From the human T2T-CHM13v2.0 reference genome, Homo sapiens, in NCBI RefSeq assembly GCF_009914755.1, contig NC_060931.1: 64,000 bases of DNA; one strand, 5' to 3'. The notes below the pieces were generated by a model that was given only the letters and a program-made list of their open reading frames with translations, searched no databases and was not told the origin of the DNA. Below, in pieces: positions 41,641-57,504 of the stretch. Position numbers and translations under genes: made by a program. Position 1 is the first letter of the stretch. Every line of letters begins with the position of its first letter.

Positions 41641-43704
41641 CATGTTTGAAAGGAAACAATTTAAACAAAGTCATTTTGTCACATGGAAATGACTCAAAAA
41701 TAGCAATCTTTAGATCACATTACAGAAGGGTTGCAGTTCTACTGAAGAGAGAAATCACCTGGAAAAGCTATGTGTAGGTCAGACTAACATTAAAGATAGT
41801 AACATGTTAGGCATGGATCAATATAGAAAGTCATATCATGTCTTATGGACACAGTTTTTATTTACCTTAAAAATATGTTTATGTTTCTAGAAAAAGCCTC
41901 TTTAAACAATTCTAAAAATATTCAAATTCTCTATTAAATAGCCCTGCTGTGAAATCCAGATGATTTTGTAATCTGCTAAAGTATGGCTGGAGATATATTC
42001 TAATGCAATTCAAATTCTACAGAAATTTGTGTGCATGGCATACTATTTTATTTTTCAGTGTTCTGGACTAATGCATCTTTATGGAAAATGATTATATCAC
42101 AGCATTTTAAAGTAGATAACATGTCTGAAAATAGTCAAAATATATGTAAATCAGTATATCAAATAAGACCTAATGGAATCATTTAAACAGGCTTATTGAA
42201 GCTTGACCCATAATTGTGATTGTACCAGTGTGTTGTCAATTTTACTTCCCACTGCTAGTTGATCACCAGAGGACATAAATAGCCATGGAGTGTATAATTG
42301 GTGCTGTGTTGCCACAAGTAGTTATTTAAATTCAGCTTCTTTCTACTCCCCTGAAATCATGTGCATTAATAATAATAAACCTGGATGCTTTGGAAATATA
42401 ATCAAATCTTTAAAAGATGTAAGGTTTTTTTAATATTTTTTTTCCTAAGCCATACTAACCTGTAAACATTCTGTGTTTACATTTTATAAAAGCTAACATT
42501 TAAGCCTATTCTATAAGAGTAGGTAATTCTGGTTGTTTTTAGGCACTGCACTGTTTTAAAAATTACTGAGATCAAACATTTCCTTTTTTAAAAGGTATTA
42601 GAAACACACTGTTGGATATTTTAAAGCAGGATAGAATGACAACTTTTTTTTTTTTACCCCAATTCAGTATGATCTAGCTCTTTGATGAGACTTACTTTAT
42701 CATTGTGAGATAAGAAACAAGCCTGTCAAACCAATTTGCTAAGGTCACTGTGTCCCTTTCAATCAAGAAAGTTGGGGCTGTAATGTTACTGACCCAGAAC
42801 TATGCAGGTTGTGCATTAGCATAATGGCTGATCAACCTAATGCATTTTAATGCCATTAACTTTTCCCCATCCCCTGGAAGGAAAAGAAAATATAAAAAGT
42901 TACAATTTTAGATTTGTCATTGGTAGATTATCTTTTTCCTAAATTTCATAGACTAAAAGTGAGTGAAGGAAGCTGCATGCACTTATTCTGGCTAAAGTCC
43001 AAATTGAGAGGTAGATTACTGAAAAGAAAGGTGAAGACAACAGTTCAAAATATCTCACCCATGCCCTGCCCCACCTACCTTAAGCTTAGTAGGCAAAAAT
43101 GAGGTCTCACAAATAGTAATTCTGTCTTTAATGCAGCAAAAATGGTTAAGAATTTTCTGGGCTTTGAAAAAGTAAAATGTGTATCTATCATATGGTTGTT
43201 TAACAGGCCACATTCCGGGGACCAGTAGCAAGCATGTGATGTAAGCAAATGCTGGGAAGAGGTTGAACTAACATGAGAAATGGGCAAAAATCCCATTAAA
43301 AAAACAGATTACTATAGACAAGCAGATTCAGAATTAATACAAGTAAGATGAGTCATTATCGAAGGTTGTTGAAATTAAGAGGGCAAAACTATTGGCTATT
43401 TGAAGCAATAGTTTAGTAAGAGGAGGTAGAAGCATCCATTCTGAGTCAGAAATCTTTCTCAGCAAAACCTGTCCTGTAAACCTGCAACACTCTCCCTGAA
43501 GAAGTTGCCCTGATGAGTTTGGAGCAATTGGATCTCTAAGCCTCAGGCTTACTAGGTAGATTGTAACCTCTCTCTATACTCTTTTTGTGTCTTCCTTGGT
43601 TCTGGTAAGGCCACAGTTGGAGTCAGATGAGAAGGCCACCTACTCTAAACTGACTCCAGGTTGCACCAATGTGGTACTGCCACCTACTTCTTGAAGCTTT
43701 TCTT

Positions 43705-44026
<322 letters not shown>

Positions 44027-44739
44027 TTCTTAAAGCTTTTCTTAATTCCACTCATTGATTGTGGCCTTTCTCTTTTCCAAATCTCTGTTGTACTTTGTAG
44101 TAAGTATTATACTCCAGTTTGTGTTATAATTAGTTTTGTTTTACCTTTACTAAAGATTCTAGCTTTCCCAAGAGTTGGAATTGCAGATAATTTGTATACT
44201 CATGCTGTACTACCTAGTACAATGGCCTGTTGAGCTGAATACAATTCATTATTCGATACCATGAAAATATATTAATCTGGCTTAATGATTATGATAATGG
44301 CATTTGAGTTTGTCTAGGTTCTTCTTAAGATAAAGATAATTTACAAGAACTGTCATGTCTGAGACTATAATAACATCCTTTCTCTGATAAGTGTTATGTG
44401 TAGCATATAAAAATAGTAATTAATCATTTCCTTTTTTAACTAGACTGAAATTAAAAATAAAGGATATTGGTAACATTTAGAGATAAAAATAATAAGCACA
44501 TAAGAACACCCAATTCTATCCTGAGCTCTTTAATTGCATTATTATTGGCTGTGGACAAGCTTTCAATGTCCCTTTCATTTGATGTACATTTTAAGTATTT
44601 ATCTTACCCTTAAAAATCCCTTGGAGAGTCAATATGGCCACAACTGGGAAATAAAATATTCTTGGGGACGCATACGTGCTATTTCTTAGTCTTGGAAGAT
44701 TTTCTGGAAGAGGTGAGTCCTTGGAACATTTAACAAGAT

Positions 44740-45242
44740 AAGTTTTAGCAAGTTATATTTCATAAGATTAGTTTTACATGTTTATTTAAGTTAGAACTTT
44801 CAAATGATAGAGATTTATACTTCCCTAATTTCAGGAGGCAAGTATAGCTCTGCTCCATAAAGTGCTGAGGATTCCATGTACCTTCCAGCCATCCACTTGG
44901 CCATCCTAGGTCTAGTCTTAGTTCTTATATTGCAAGTTTGTAAATGTAGCTTCAGCCATTACACTCAATGTCCGTTCAGCAGGATAGAGGCAAAGACAAT
45001 TTAAACAGTTACAGAGGTCGGAGCACTAGTATGGTTTAAGGAAGGGTCCCAGAAGCTGACACACAGGACATTTCTAATTGCATTTTTTGACCTAAATTAA
45101 TCACATGGTCACACAACACAAAACAGCCTGATAAAATAGTTTCACTTCAGATGGATATATGTACTCAGGCAAAACTCAGGTGTTTTACTTTTGTGGAAGG
45201 AGTGTGGATATTAGAGGACACCTAGCAGCCTCTGCAAAACAC
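44740..45242 (-). mobile_element. MLT1J/K-type LTR
   Basis: CTTCAGCCATTACA...CCCAGAAGCTG...TCACATGGTCACAC...GGATATTAGAGGACACCTAGCAGCCTCTGC. Confidence 0.6.
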
Positions 45243-45501
45243 AGTACGCATTAAAATAAAGTATTTAAAAAATAAATTAATGGAATGACAATAGAGGAAG
45301 CAACAAGATCTTAATGATTTTTGCAATTTGTAATACCAGATTTATTTACTGTCACTTAAAAGAGATATCCATTTATCAACATTTTAAAAACTATCAGGTA
45401 ACACTTCTATTGAAATAGGGATACTATACCTTACAACGGACAGCAGATCCCAGGGCCTATTGGAAAATCATTTAATAAGTAAAATAGTAGCAGTATATTA
45501 A

Positions 45502-46146
<645 letters not shown>

Positions 46147-46959
46147 CTATCTACAGGAATTAAATGTTGTCCGTGAGGATTAAGCTGACTGATATATACA
46201 ATTTTGTATTTTGTTTAGGGAAAATGAATTGCACTAGATACTATTTTCAGCATGATCACTTGAAGATATAAGTAAAATATTAATATATTATAATATTCCG
46301 TTCATAGGAAATTTTTCTTCTGGTCTAGCATAAGAAATCTTTGATTTGACTTGCATTTTAAATTATGGGCAGGAAGCAGTTCATATGCATGATTCTTGTA
46401 TTATAAATTATATTCTAATTGCCTAACCTGTCAAGTTTCTATACTGCTAAATATTCAGGGGAAGCAAAGGGAAGAAAACCTCATTATATACAGAACTGTA
46501 TTTAAATGAATTCTCTGATAAGGGAAAGTTTACAAAGCCAGCTTCTATGAACTTATGGAAATTAATGAGTATTCAAAAATATATTTGTGGTTTTTTATTG
46601 TAAATAAATAATAGCTCAATTATAAAACAAATAATAAATCATTTGTGTTAGCCTATTCATTTCATTTTATATTTAAATTTCCAAAATAAGACAGAAAACC
46701 ATGTATTTTTTTCCTATTTTCACCATCAGTAACAACAAGACATTTTATTTCTATTTTGTGCACTGTGTTTGGGATTTCTGCAAAGTACATTAAAAGAAGC
46801 ATTGAGCTGTATTTCCCAAGAACTTAAAGTCATTTTCAAGTAATAATTTTCATCATGGAAATTCTTATAGGTAGCATGGAACTTTTACTCATATTTTCTT
46901 TATCTAGAATACTTTTCTCAGTCTACTCCAATTCCCTTTGCTCCTGTCGTGCCTCCAAC

Positions 46960-47290
46960 ATACACCCTTTCCTTAAAGCAAATCCTACTTAACTTTCAAG
47001 ATCCAGCATACATGTCATTGCCAAAATGTTTTATGCTGTCCCCACCTAGAAGCCACGCCTGCCTCTTTGCCCTTCACATAGGCTATATGATAGATTAAAT
47101 AATCTACTTCATCTATCATATAGCACAAAAATGTTTTTTTGTTATAGTACTTTTATCTTCATCTTATTTATCCTATTAGATGACTCATTTCTTGAGCACC
47201 AGTCTCTACGTGATTAACTTTGGTACCACCATTGTCCCCACCTAGCATGGGGTGCCCAGCACATAGTGAATGCTCAAAAAATGAAATGCA
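46960..47290 (+). mobile_element. L2 3' end
   Basis: AAATCCTACTTAACTTTCAAGATCCAGC...CCTAGCATGGGGTGCCCAGCACATAGTGAATGCTCAA. Confidence 0.7.
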
Positions 47291-50200
47291 ATAGCCATAG
47301 ATGCAAAAGAGAAAAAAAAGAACTTAAATCAATACTATCTTTAATTTGCATCTTCATGAAATTATATATGTGGGCTTTCTTAGTCCCAAATGTTTTATTT
47401 CCTCTGAGTGTTCCATTATAATAATTTTCTCAATTAGAAACTACTGTAGGAGGTCAGAAATTCTCTCTAATATGAATTTTTGGTATGAATCAAAATTTTA
47501 TTTGGACTAAGAGCATAGTCCAGAAGTGGGAAGTGATTACTTATTCTGTGGCTTACAAAATTTCAGAAAGGAAAGGCAGAGATAGGTACACACTGTGCTT
47601 AGCATATAATCTTCACCAATCATCTTTTACATAAGTAAATGTTCATGTCCCTTAGGTACTTTGCATTGCCATAAATATTTTAATAGTACCTATTCTTTTC
47701 TTTTCTTATGTAATAAAGTACAGTGTGTTTTGGGGGATAATCTAACTTGATGTTATGCCCTCACTATTGGGGCATTATCGCAAAATTCTTGAATGTAGTC
47801 ACAATTTTTAGAAATTCCCAGGTATTTGTACTTCTTTGAAATTCTTCGTAAGACCACTATTTGGGCAAGATGTTGAAACACTTTAAATATCTAGGGTGAG
47901 TCAATGCAAAAAAGAAATGAACAAACCAACCAATCCAATAAGCAACAATAACAACAGCAAAATTAAAATTATGTTTGAGTTATACAACATTATAAAAAAT
48001 GCAGAATTTCACCAGTTAGATAACTTGCTATTTTTGCTTCATTTGGTTGATCAACTTTGCTTTTCTAAATATGTGTCTGGGAGTTGTGATTTAAATTATA
48101 TTTATTTATATTATATATTTAAATTAAATTATATTTAAATGTATGGTTTAAATATTATTGAGAATATTCTACCTATAATGCCAATGTCTATGAGTAAATA
48201 TTTACTTTTGATTCACTTTCCATTCTATTGTACTACAAATAATGGTTAAATCCTATATTTGACTTCTGGCTAGAATTTGTCCTTTTTGTGTGAAAAAAAA
48301 ATACAATGTCTACTCTAACAGGCTTCATAAGAACTCATCAAATGTATACCCTAAAGCTATATTTTGAGGGTTTTGTTTGTTTAAGTAAGGTTACTTACTC
48401 TAGAATCTGTTAGTCCATGTTCTTTGTTTCTTGGCTATACCACTCTTTATGCTTTGACATACATCATCTTGGGGAACAGACTCACGGCACAGTAATGACC
48501 TTGCCAAGGACCAAGAAGTGTTTCTTACAGAATTATAATTTCTTGTAACTCAATTTATGTGATTACTGTGTAAAACAGAACTTGTTCAGCAATGATGGAT
48601 GGCAATGCTGCAGGTATTGACTGATCTTTAGAAATATTTATATGACAGGTCCCTTAAGATTTTGTACATCGTAGAAGAGAATAACTGCATGCAGAAAAGA
48701 TGAGTTGTGATTGAGGTTCCTGAGCAATGCAATTTATTATCATATTTCTTCCATGCCCAGTCTAAAAGCTGAACATTTGCCAATGCAATGGCAACAAGCA
48801 GCATTTAAATAAATGCCCTCTGCCCTTTCAGAGCATCACCTTCACAAGAAAATACTTATAGTTTTGAAAAACATAAACTGAAATTATTTGTAAAAGTGAA
48901 GAATATATTTAAAATAAAAATCTGCTTGAATTATTTAGCTTGTAGACTTAACATGTCCTTTGATAGGTTCCTTGCCTGGGAACTGCAGATATGCTTAGAC
49001 ACACAAACGTAAGAAACTCGATAAGCCAATCCTGACAATTCTACTTTGTTTATAGAATTTCATTCCATGCTCTAGGGAATAATATATTTCGCACTGTATT
49101 CCCCTGGGTGTTTCAAATTTTTAAAAATCTTCATTTTTAAAATTTAATTTTCGTTAAATATTCATTTGGGTGACTAGAAGAAAAATGTTTTGGCTAAGTT
49201 AAAGTTTTTCAGAAGCATATACTTTGATATTGTTTCCTCCAATCAATTAGGCATGGCATAGTCACAGAAAAACAATCTGTAGAAAGAATACAGTGTTTTT
49301 AACAAGTTCTTTGAGTCATCTGGACAATGAGATGTAATCAGAAAACATCTTTTAGTTCCTAATGCCTCTTTAAAATTTATTCAGTGGAAAGAGTTCTCTA
49401 GCCAACGGTTGGAAATGTGGGAAGCCTATGGCTGTTACTGTGTTTAAGTAGCAAACTCGGTCCCATATAATATCCAATTCTGTATATCAAAACCCTGATT
49501 TATTTTTTTTTTCCTTCCCAAGCTGGGTCCTGCTAAAAGCTGGCTGTTAGCTTAGAGACAATAGGGTATTGCCTTTCTCCTCTCCTTCCCCTATGCTAAG
49601 CTTTCACTCCTTTCTTTCATCCTTTTGTTAACTAAGATTTCTGGCCTCAACAGGGTTGCAGAAGGATTAAGAGGAGAGCAGAGGGGAGGGGTAGGACAGT
49701 TTTTACTAGACTGGCAAGAAGGCTCTATCTTCCCTAGGTCTAGCAGGTATTTAAGCTCTCTTATGAGAGACTGGGGACTGTCACCTATAGTTCTCTTGGT
49801 CTAGATGAAAGTTTCTCTAGTCTAGTTGGTTGCTTACTCCTTCAGCAACATCCAGGAACTCAGCAATACATTTCCAGCTTTGGTGTGCAGTGTCTTGCCC
49901 CTTCAGGTAGCTCTGTGGAAGAAGACTGCATGTTCTTTTCTTGAACAAAACTATGAGTATGCAAGCTAATTGCCACACGTCGGCTACTCTGCTAAACTCC
50001 AGCACCAAAGCAGTTAGGGAGCTTCTTTGCTACTAGATTTCCTGAGTAGGTGCTGGACTCTAATTTTATTTGTATCTACCAACTTCAGAGGACACACATA
50101 CAGGCTTTCCCAGTGGTACCATTGAATCTTGTCTCTCTTGATGTGAGGTGAAGTGGGAATCGCTCTTCCTTCTTCCTTGGTGGGAACAGTTAGACTCACA

Positions 50201-50683
50201 GCACAATTCTGTCCAGGAAATAATCTCTGCATATCTTGTACCTCAGATTTACTTTCCTAGCTATTTTATATGTTTGAAGTAGGTAAAAGGAAACTGGTTT
50301 TTCAGTTTTTATTTACCCAGTTTGAAGTACTTGCAAGGAATGCCCACTAATCTGTTATCTATTGCCTTAGGGTCTAGACTGAAACATCCATTTAAGAATC
50401 TTGTTAAAGTAAATATAATCTACTGAACTTCAGCCTTTTAGTAGTTCTTTTGCAAACATCCTAAAATGGATCAAATAAGAAAAAAGCAAGGGAGGTGGAA
50501 GAGGAAGTTCATATGTTGGAAGCATATTGTGTGATTTTGCTACAGTTTTCCATTTTATTTATGAAACAACAAATGACATTTAAAATGTGGCATTAAATGC
50601 TATGGTTAAGATAAGAGTGAAAGTAATCCATGCTAATATTTCAGAGTTTACATTTCAAAATTTGAGATTACAAATTAGTCTCT

Positions 50684-50688
<5 letters not shown>

Positions 50689-50722
<34 letters not shown>
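50689..50722. repeat. (GA)17 microsatellite
   Basis: Direct reading. Confidence 0.95.
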
Positions 50723-50725
<3 letters not shown>

Positions 50726-51067
50726 GAAAGCCATGGCCAAGAAACAAGGAGGTAAATGCAGAGACTTGTATGTACTTTTTTCAGTCACTTTCTAAGTCTC
50801 AAATTCTTTTAAACATAAGTGTTCCAAACTTTCTGTCTCCCTTTGCAACATCCTCCCTCATATTATTTTTCATTTTTCCACCACTTCTCTTTCCTTGACC
50901 CTTCTGCATTGTGTCCTTTGCCTTCGTTATTTATTTATGAAGATGATGAAAGCTTGCCCACGATTCTGCTCATAATTCCTCAGTATCCTCTATATTTAGT
51001 TCCGTCTCGATCCCAGAGCCCCAGCTCTTTAAAACTAAAAAGATTCTAGATGTTCATACATACACGT

Positions 51068-51237
51068 CAGTAGGTCTACTTTATATGAAGCCTGTGGCTT
51101 ATTCAATTTGGGGGGAGTCACTTTACGCAATAGAATACAAAATAATGAATATAAAATAAAGTTCAAGGCCTTTGGAAGGGACCCTTTCAAGCAAGGGACC
51201 CTGAAGTTTCATTAGCTTCACCGCAAATCCGCCTCTG
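51068..51237 (-). mobile_element. MER53-like hAT MITE
   Basis: Ends CCCTGAAGTTTCATTAGCTTCACCGCAAATCCGCCTCTG, the reverse complement of the MER53 start CAGAGGCGGATTT...GAAGCTAATGAA. Confidence 0.75.
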
Positions 51238-54200
51238 CATCCATATATAAAAAGCCTTGAAAAATCTTTTGCTCCTTTCTTGTATCGTTCTAAAACAGTC
51301 ATAATTAGATAGCTGCTTTGCTATGCTTTCCCTTAGGTTATATAAGAATAAATAATGAAAGAGATTTGTTAGTTCAGATCTTCAAGATCTGATTCTTAAG
51401 TGGGTGTTAAATATAAAAGCTACATCCCAGTAATTAAGTAACTCTTTTTGGTATGCACAAATATATTATAGTGTACAAAAACATAATTTTGGCTCATTCA
51501 ACACCCTCACTTATATAACTAATAATGGTGCCAAAGTGGTATTACTATGTCTCTTAAAATAATTCTTTAGTTCAAAACATGCAATAAATAGAATGATTTT
51601 TGAGTTATCAGAGAGTCCCTTATTAGGCTAACAAAATTACTTCAACACAGTGAAGCGTGGAACATGCTAGCTTTCTTTTGTTTCATTATTATTTTACATA
51701 AACCTTAAAATTATAAACTCAAGTATGTGGATCTATTTTTATCATTCATTGAAAAAAAGCCTTTATACTGCTTCTTATTGTAAATACCTAAATTTACAAT
51801 GCTTGTCCTTCATCTTATATTTGATGGCAGTTAATTGTTAGTTGGTTTTAATTATACATCATAGTCTTTGTTCTGGAGACAATCCAAAGAGTAGATCATC
51901 TTGGTGTGTAATTTACTGAAAGTTTCTAGGCAGCCTGCCATACTAAAGACCATGTGGTACAATTGTCATTAAAATTAGAAAAATATTGGTATACATGTTT
52001 GAATTAAGGATTAGAGGGTGGCTCTATAAATTATGGAAAGCTCTGCAAAGTATTAATAAGGTTTGAGTTCAGCCAAAGCCTAATTTCCAAAGATCTTTAC
52101 AATACACAGATGCATTTTTTTTGTACCTGTGGTAAGTTTTTGGTGAATGTTGCTTCTGCTTGTAGAATTCCAGATCACTCATGAATATCGGTATACTCTT
52201 TTTTAGCACGTGAGTAGGTGGGTAAATATTGTTAGTGTTTGGATATTGGATAAGACACTTAGAAATATTGTTGCACTTACAAAATATAAAGCACTTTTGC
52301 TTTTAAAAATAAAGGGCCCAAACTCTGGTTAATATTTTCTTTAGTTACAGGTAACAGTTTTTCAAATTTAAAAAGTGCTCAGACAGTATTTAAAGACATA
52401 TATGTATTCTCATGAAATATAAAAGAACTGCTCTGCTAGCTACCATTGAATAATGTAATTAAACACTATTTTATTTTTATTATTTTATTTTCAAAACTCA
52501 GTAAAAGTATGTCAGGTGAAGACTGGCGTGAGGTGGCCAAAGATAACAACATTCTGTAACCTTCTAAATAAAAGATGAGTCCTCCCTCCCTCTTCCCCTT
52601 AACATCTATCTTAGGAATCTTCAAAAGCAAATCTCAGGGCAGAGTACGAAGGAAAAAAAACAAGACGGAGAAACAGAATTTGTATTTCCTATAGTAAAGC
52701 ATTCAGTTGCAAATGAAACACTGCAAAACTTAAGGGTTTTTCTTTATTTTAGTGTTATGCCAAAGCTATATTCTTTTATAGTAAAATATAAGGAAATATA
52801 GAGAAACGGCATGTTTGTAATAAAATAACAATGACAAAAAAGAAACCCTGTGTATTTGTGTTTGCTCAAATCAGATTTTATCATGTCATTGAAAATGCTA
52901 AGTTTCAGGGGTCTTTTAATATGATCTCTTGCCCATGGACCTGTTTTAGCTGACACACTCTCCAGCTTTGATGGTTACTCTATGGGCCTTGCTAAACCCA
53001 GAGAGATATTAGAATAAGCTATGAATAGCTGTACAGTGGTAAGAATTCTGGACTCAGAGTCAGTGCAACACATAAATAAGAAAAAAGTACTATTAGAGAA
53101 GAGTAGGGTCATAAGGCCTGACCTGCTCACTTCTGTCTAATTTTACATACCATTATGTGGCTGGGTGCAAATTGTTCTTATAACATACAATCCCCTGTCT
53201 AACCTTTTTGAAAACAACACATTTGACATTCAAATATATTTTATTTTCAAGAAAATTAAATACATTTATTATTTAATTTAATGTTTTTATTATTTTGTAT
53301 TAATAAAACAATTTTAAAAGTATTTATTGTATTTTCTTCCAATACTTTAAACTGTTTGTTAATTTTAAACCATTTAAGGAAAAAACACAATCTTACCTTC
53401 CTTTTCAAAGCCAGAGGGAGGTGCAAGCTGTGATTTTTGAAATTTTTTTTTCTTCTAGTTTAAAGAGGAAATACATACAGAGTAGGTATATTAAAAAGTG
53501 AGTAGTATGGAACTCTAACTTCATGTAATAAATATTGAGTTCGATCCAAGTGCCAAAAATATGCTAGATGGTGGGTACACAAAGATAAATATGAATCATA
53601 TCCTTAAGCAGCATATAGCCAAAGACAGTGGCTGGTTAATTAGATTAGAGCACCATACGAAATGATGCTGAGATCACAGATTCCACTTATGGACCAATTA
53701 GCTCCTCTTTGTTCTATGGCCATAGATTGCATACAGATGAGATACTTTCATGGTTTTGTGCATTTTTACTCTATCTCTTGCCAAAAAGAATTTGAAAGAG
53801 CACACAGCAAAGACAAACATAGTACTAAAACTCTGTAAGGTAACAGAAAAAGCTTTTGAGACCCTATTCATTAGACCAAACTTACAAAACATTTATTTTC
53901 ATTTCAGTCTATGGAAGTCATGGAAACAAACGTACTGATGAACTTAGTAATCTGGAAAATATTTAAAGCTGTCAAATGGTTGTAGTAAAGAAAGTGAACA
54001 ATTCCCTAATTCATTTGTTAGGAAGCGAGTGATAAATATAGAATCTAGTTTTCATATAACGGATGCAATACAAAGATAACACTTTGCAGAATTGAGATTT
54101 CTTAGTTGTAGCTAAACTATCTGTAGACAGAATTTTTTTCACAATAGAATTTCTAGTTAAGTTCTCTCTAATTTTTTTATTTAATTACTATCCATGTTGT

Positions 54201-54644
54201 TTACTGAAGTCTTTAGTAGTCATCCTTTTATTTATTTATTTTCTGAAGAAAGCCCACAAAAAAGAAAGAGCCAAGGATTGTATTTCTGACTAAATTTTAT
54301 AGGGTACACCTGTGCATTTACATGTATATTATTTATTACATGGACATTATGATAAATTAACTAGTTAATTTAGTCAGTTCAGTTGAACATTTATTCAAAA
54401 TGGTTATTCAGTCTTAAGTAGAACACAAATGATCATAGACCACATTCTTCCTCTTTTAATCAATATATTAAACATTTTAAGGAAAGAGAGTTTTTCTTAG
54501 TCTGGTTCTTCTAACACAGACTTCAAAAGGATAGCAGGATGGAGAAGCTAGATATATAACATATCCTTTTATGAATAGGATTTATAGTACTTTACAAAAT
54601 TTATGGAGAGTGGAGACATCTGTTGACTTTTCTGTGTTAACCTA

Positions 54645-55136
54645 TGTGGCAGAGACTTCTAGTTACCCTCACTACCTGTTCTCTTCTTCACTACTAATAC
54701 TGCCTTGATTTTCAGCTGGACTTATGGCTACATGGGTAAAGACTACCTCTTTCAGCCTTCCTTGCAGTTAGGTGTCACCAAGGGATAGATTTCTGGCAAA
54801 TGGGATGTAAGCAGAAGTCTTGAATGTGCAATTTATAAATTTTCCTTATGGAATGTGAACATGCCCATTGCTCTTCCTCCTTCGTCTTGGTTGGAATGCA
54901 AATATGATGACTACTGCCGCAACAACTATCTTAGAATATGAGGTGACCTTAAGAAGACTACATGTTATGCAGTATCAAGATAGAATATGTCTGGATTTCC
55001 TATACCCTCAGGCTCCTAGTAGCCCTACACCTCCTGAATTTTCAGCCTTTGGGTGAAAAGAAATAAATTCTTATCTAACATAAAACACTGTTATTTTAGA
55101 TTTTCTTTGCTTACACTAAAACCTGATAATTAAACA
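54645..55136 (+). mobile_element. MLT1J-type solo LTR
   Basis: TGTGGCAGAGACT...AAAGACTAC...CAGCCTTCCTTGCAGTTAGGTG...AATGGGATGTAAGCAGAAGT...AGAAATAAATTCTTATC. Confidence 0.8.
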
Positions 55137-56491
55137 ACCCATTAAAAACATTTCTACATAATGTGACTGTATTATTTCCTATGTTTAAGTTGATTTTTAT
55201 GGCATTTCATAAAAAAAAAGCTCACTGGGAGGGTAAATGCCAGATATTTGAAAGTTTATTCTGAAGCTATATTTTCATTAATTTAATGATAAGCTTATCT
55301 TCTTTAGAGTTAAGAGGTATTAAGAGTCTATATTGCCATTTTGATCATTTTAATGAATTTCAAAGGCTTTTTTTTTCTTTATTAGCTGCCGTGAAAACTA
55401 AGGCACATTTACAAGATTTTAATTAGTGTATTATTGTGAAACAAAACCAATCAGCAGAAAGAATTGGACGTGTTTTTCTTCTTTTTAAATTTGTTACTTT
55501 AGAACAAAAATTATTTCTTATAATTAAAAAGAATCACTTTTTATTATGAATATCATGTTCTTTGCTGATGTCTAGAGTTTAATATTCTGTTAGAAAGCTG
55601 CCTTCTAAAAATCATTGTTACATATTTCTGTTATCTGGGAGTTGAAATTTCCAGTCAGAAACGGGTATATAACACTTTCTGAATCTTTTGTTATTTTTTG
55701 TAGCATCCCAGATGAGATGATAGATTTTGGTTTCATACTCAAAGGAGATTGCCAGAAAGATGTTTTCAAGGAAGGTAGCTGTAGATATAATTCTCCCATT
55801 TATTCTGCCCTCTGACTATAACACACTACTTATTCGCATTATGATGAAAAGAAATAAAGTGTTTTAAATATTAAATCATATCTTCCAAAATGATTGCTCT
55901 AGTACCTTTCACTAATGTTCTAAAAGGAAGCCAAAGTCAAAATCAATGGGAAAAAAGTGCAAATACCTCAAGTTTCAAAAGGCCTGTTTTAATTCTTCAC
56001 TGCATAATGTTAATTTATTTAAAAATTGGCCTGAATAATATGTAAAATAATCCTTATGGATTATAGAAAGCCTATTTTGCCACAAATATGACATATTTTT
56101 TCTGCCAACATTGTGGCATCTACCGATGCTGTCACTGAGGCAAAATAGATGAATCCACTTTTATCCTCCAGATACACACTTTTAGATTGGAAGTTGCCTT
56201 TCACGATTTTTTTTTTTTTTTTTTTTGGACATCCTTTTTAAAGAAAGGAGTGGTGAACAGACTGCTTTGCCCTCAGCTGCACCATTTCCAGAGACTGGTG
56301 CTGATTGCAATATTAGAAACAAAACGTATTTGTGAATATGCAAGTAATATAAACTACCAAAATGGGAAGGAGGTATTACTGCCAACAGTTTTCAAAGCAG
56401 CATATAGACTATATTTATTTAAAACTGATTTTACTTGTAATTATATTTATAATGTAAGAGTGTTAGGTAACTCTCACAACCAATGGGAACT

Positions 56492-56770
56492 GAAGGAGTG
56501 ATGACTACTAAATGTGATGTGGTATTCTGGATGGGATCCTGGAACAAAAAAAATAATATTAGGTAAAAAACGTAAACATTTGAGTAAAGTATGGACTTCA
56601 GTTAATAATAGTCTATCACTATTGCTTCATTAATTATACAAATGTGCCATAAGAATATAAGATGTTAATAATGGGGAAAACTGGGTTTGGGGTATATATG
56701 TATATACGCTCTGGAATCTTTGTAAATCTTCAATACATGTAACACAATTCTAAAATGAAAAGTGCATTTT
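56492..56770 (+). mobile_element. L1MC/MD 3' end
   Basis: ACTAAATGTGATGTGGTATTCTGGATGGGATCCTGGAACA...AAAGTATGGACTTCAGTTAATAAT...TAAGATGTTAATAATGGGGAAAACTGGGT. Confidence 0.82.
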
Positions 56771-57504
56771 AACAAATATTTTATTACATTATCCAGAGAT
56801 AGATATTCAAAAGTAATCTCTTATCCGGGGTTGAATTGCCATTTAAATTTACTAGCTTCACAGAGCTCAAGTTTCTTACTTCTTTTGGCAACACACCACA
56901 GCGGTTCTGTGGCTTTTTAACAGTCAAATGCTGTCTTAATTTTGTTGTTGATTTTGACATTTATTTTATTTGTACATGGAATAAGAGCTGTGCCATGAGA
57001 TATTAAGTTGCTACAATAGTTTTGTGTTGTTTACTTCAATGCAACTGAAACAGAGTTTTCCGTTGCAAAATTATTTGCCAATTCACTTCTATTCATGTAC
57101 TCGAAATGGATTTTGCCTTTTGTTGTGAAAATAATTTCCACAATTCCTTCAATAAGGAATACAATACCTAGGAATCAATGTTTTGATACCATCTATTATA
57201 GGATAAGCTTTGGTTCATTCTTCTAGCCAAACACTTGCCAAATAATGGAGCTATGGAATAGCCGTTGTGCAAATACTCTCTCTACATCATTGGACATCTA
57301 GCCACAAGACCCTACAGGAAGCAATCCCTTTTCCCCCTGTCATTTCTTGTGCTTCAGTATTTTAAGTTTGATATTCACACTTCCTTATGTGACACAAATC
57401 CCCTAGTACATGCTTCGCTAGCGCTAATATTCTTGCTGAGAAGGCTTAAGTCATTCCTAACCCTAAAGACTCTCCTGTCAGTGAAATAGGTTGATTATAG
57501 CATA

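Noticed and set aside
48521-48620. Possible exon (TTTCTTACAG acceptor, CAG/GTATTG donor)
   Set aside because: Stops in all three frames; splice-like signals this weak are common by chance
55695-55780. Possible coding exon (TTTTTTGTAG then IPDEMIDFGFILKGDCQKDVFKE)
   Set aside because: Poor donor (GTAGCT), no recognisable protein and no partner exons; a BLASTX or conservation check would be needed
56896-57143. Three small hairpins (56896-56912, 57040-57067, 57123-57143)
   Set aside because: Stems of 6-12 bp with mismatches in AT-rich DNA are expected by chance
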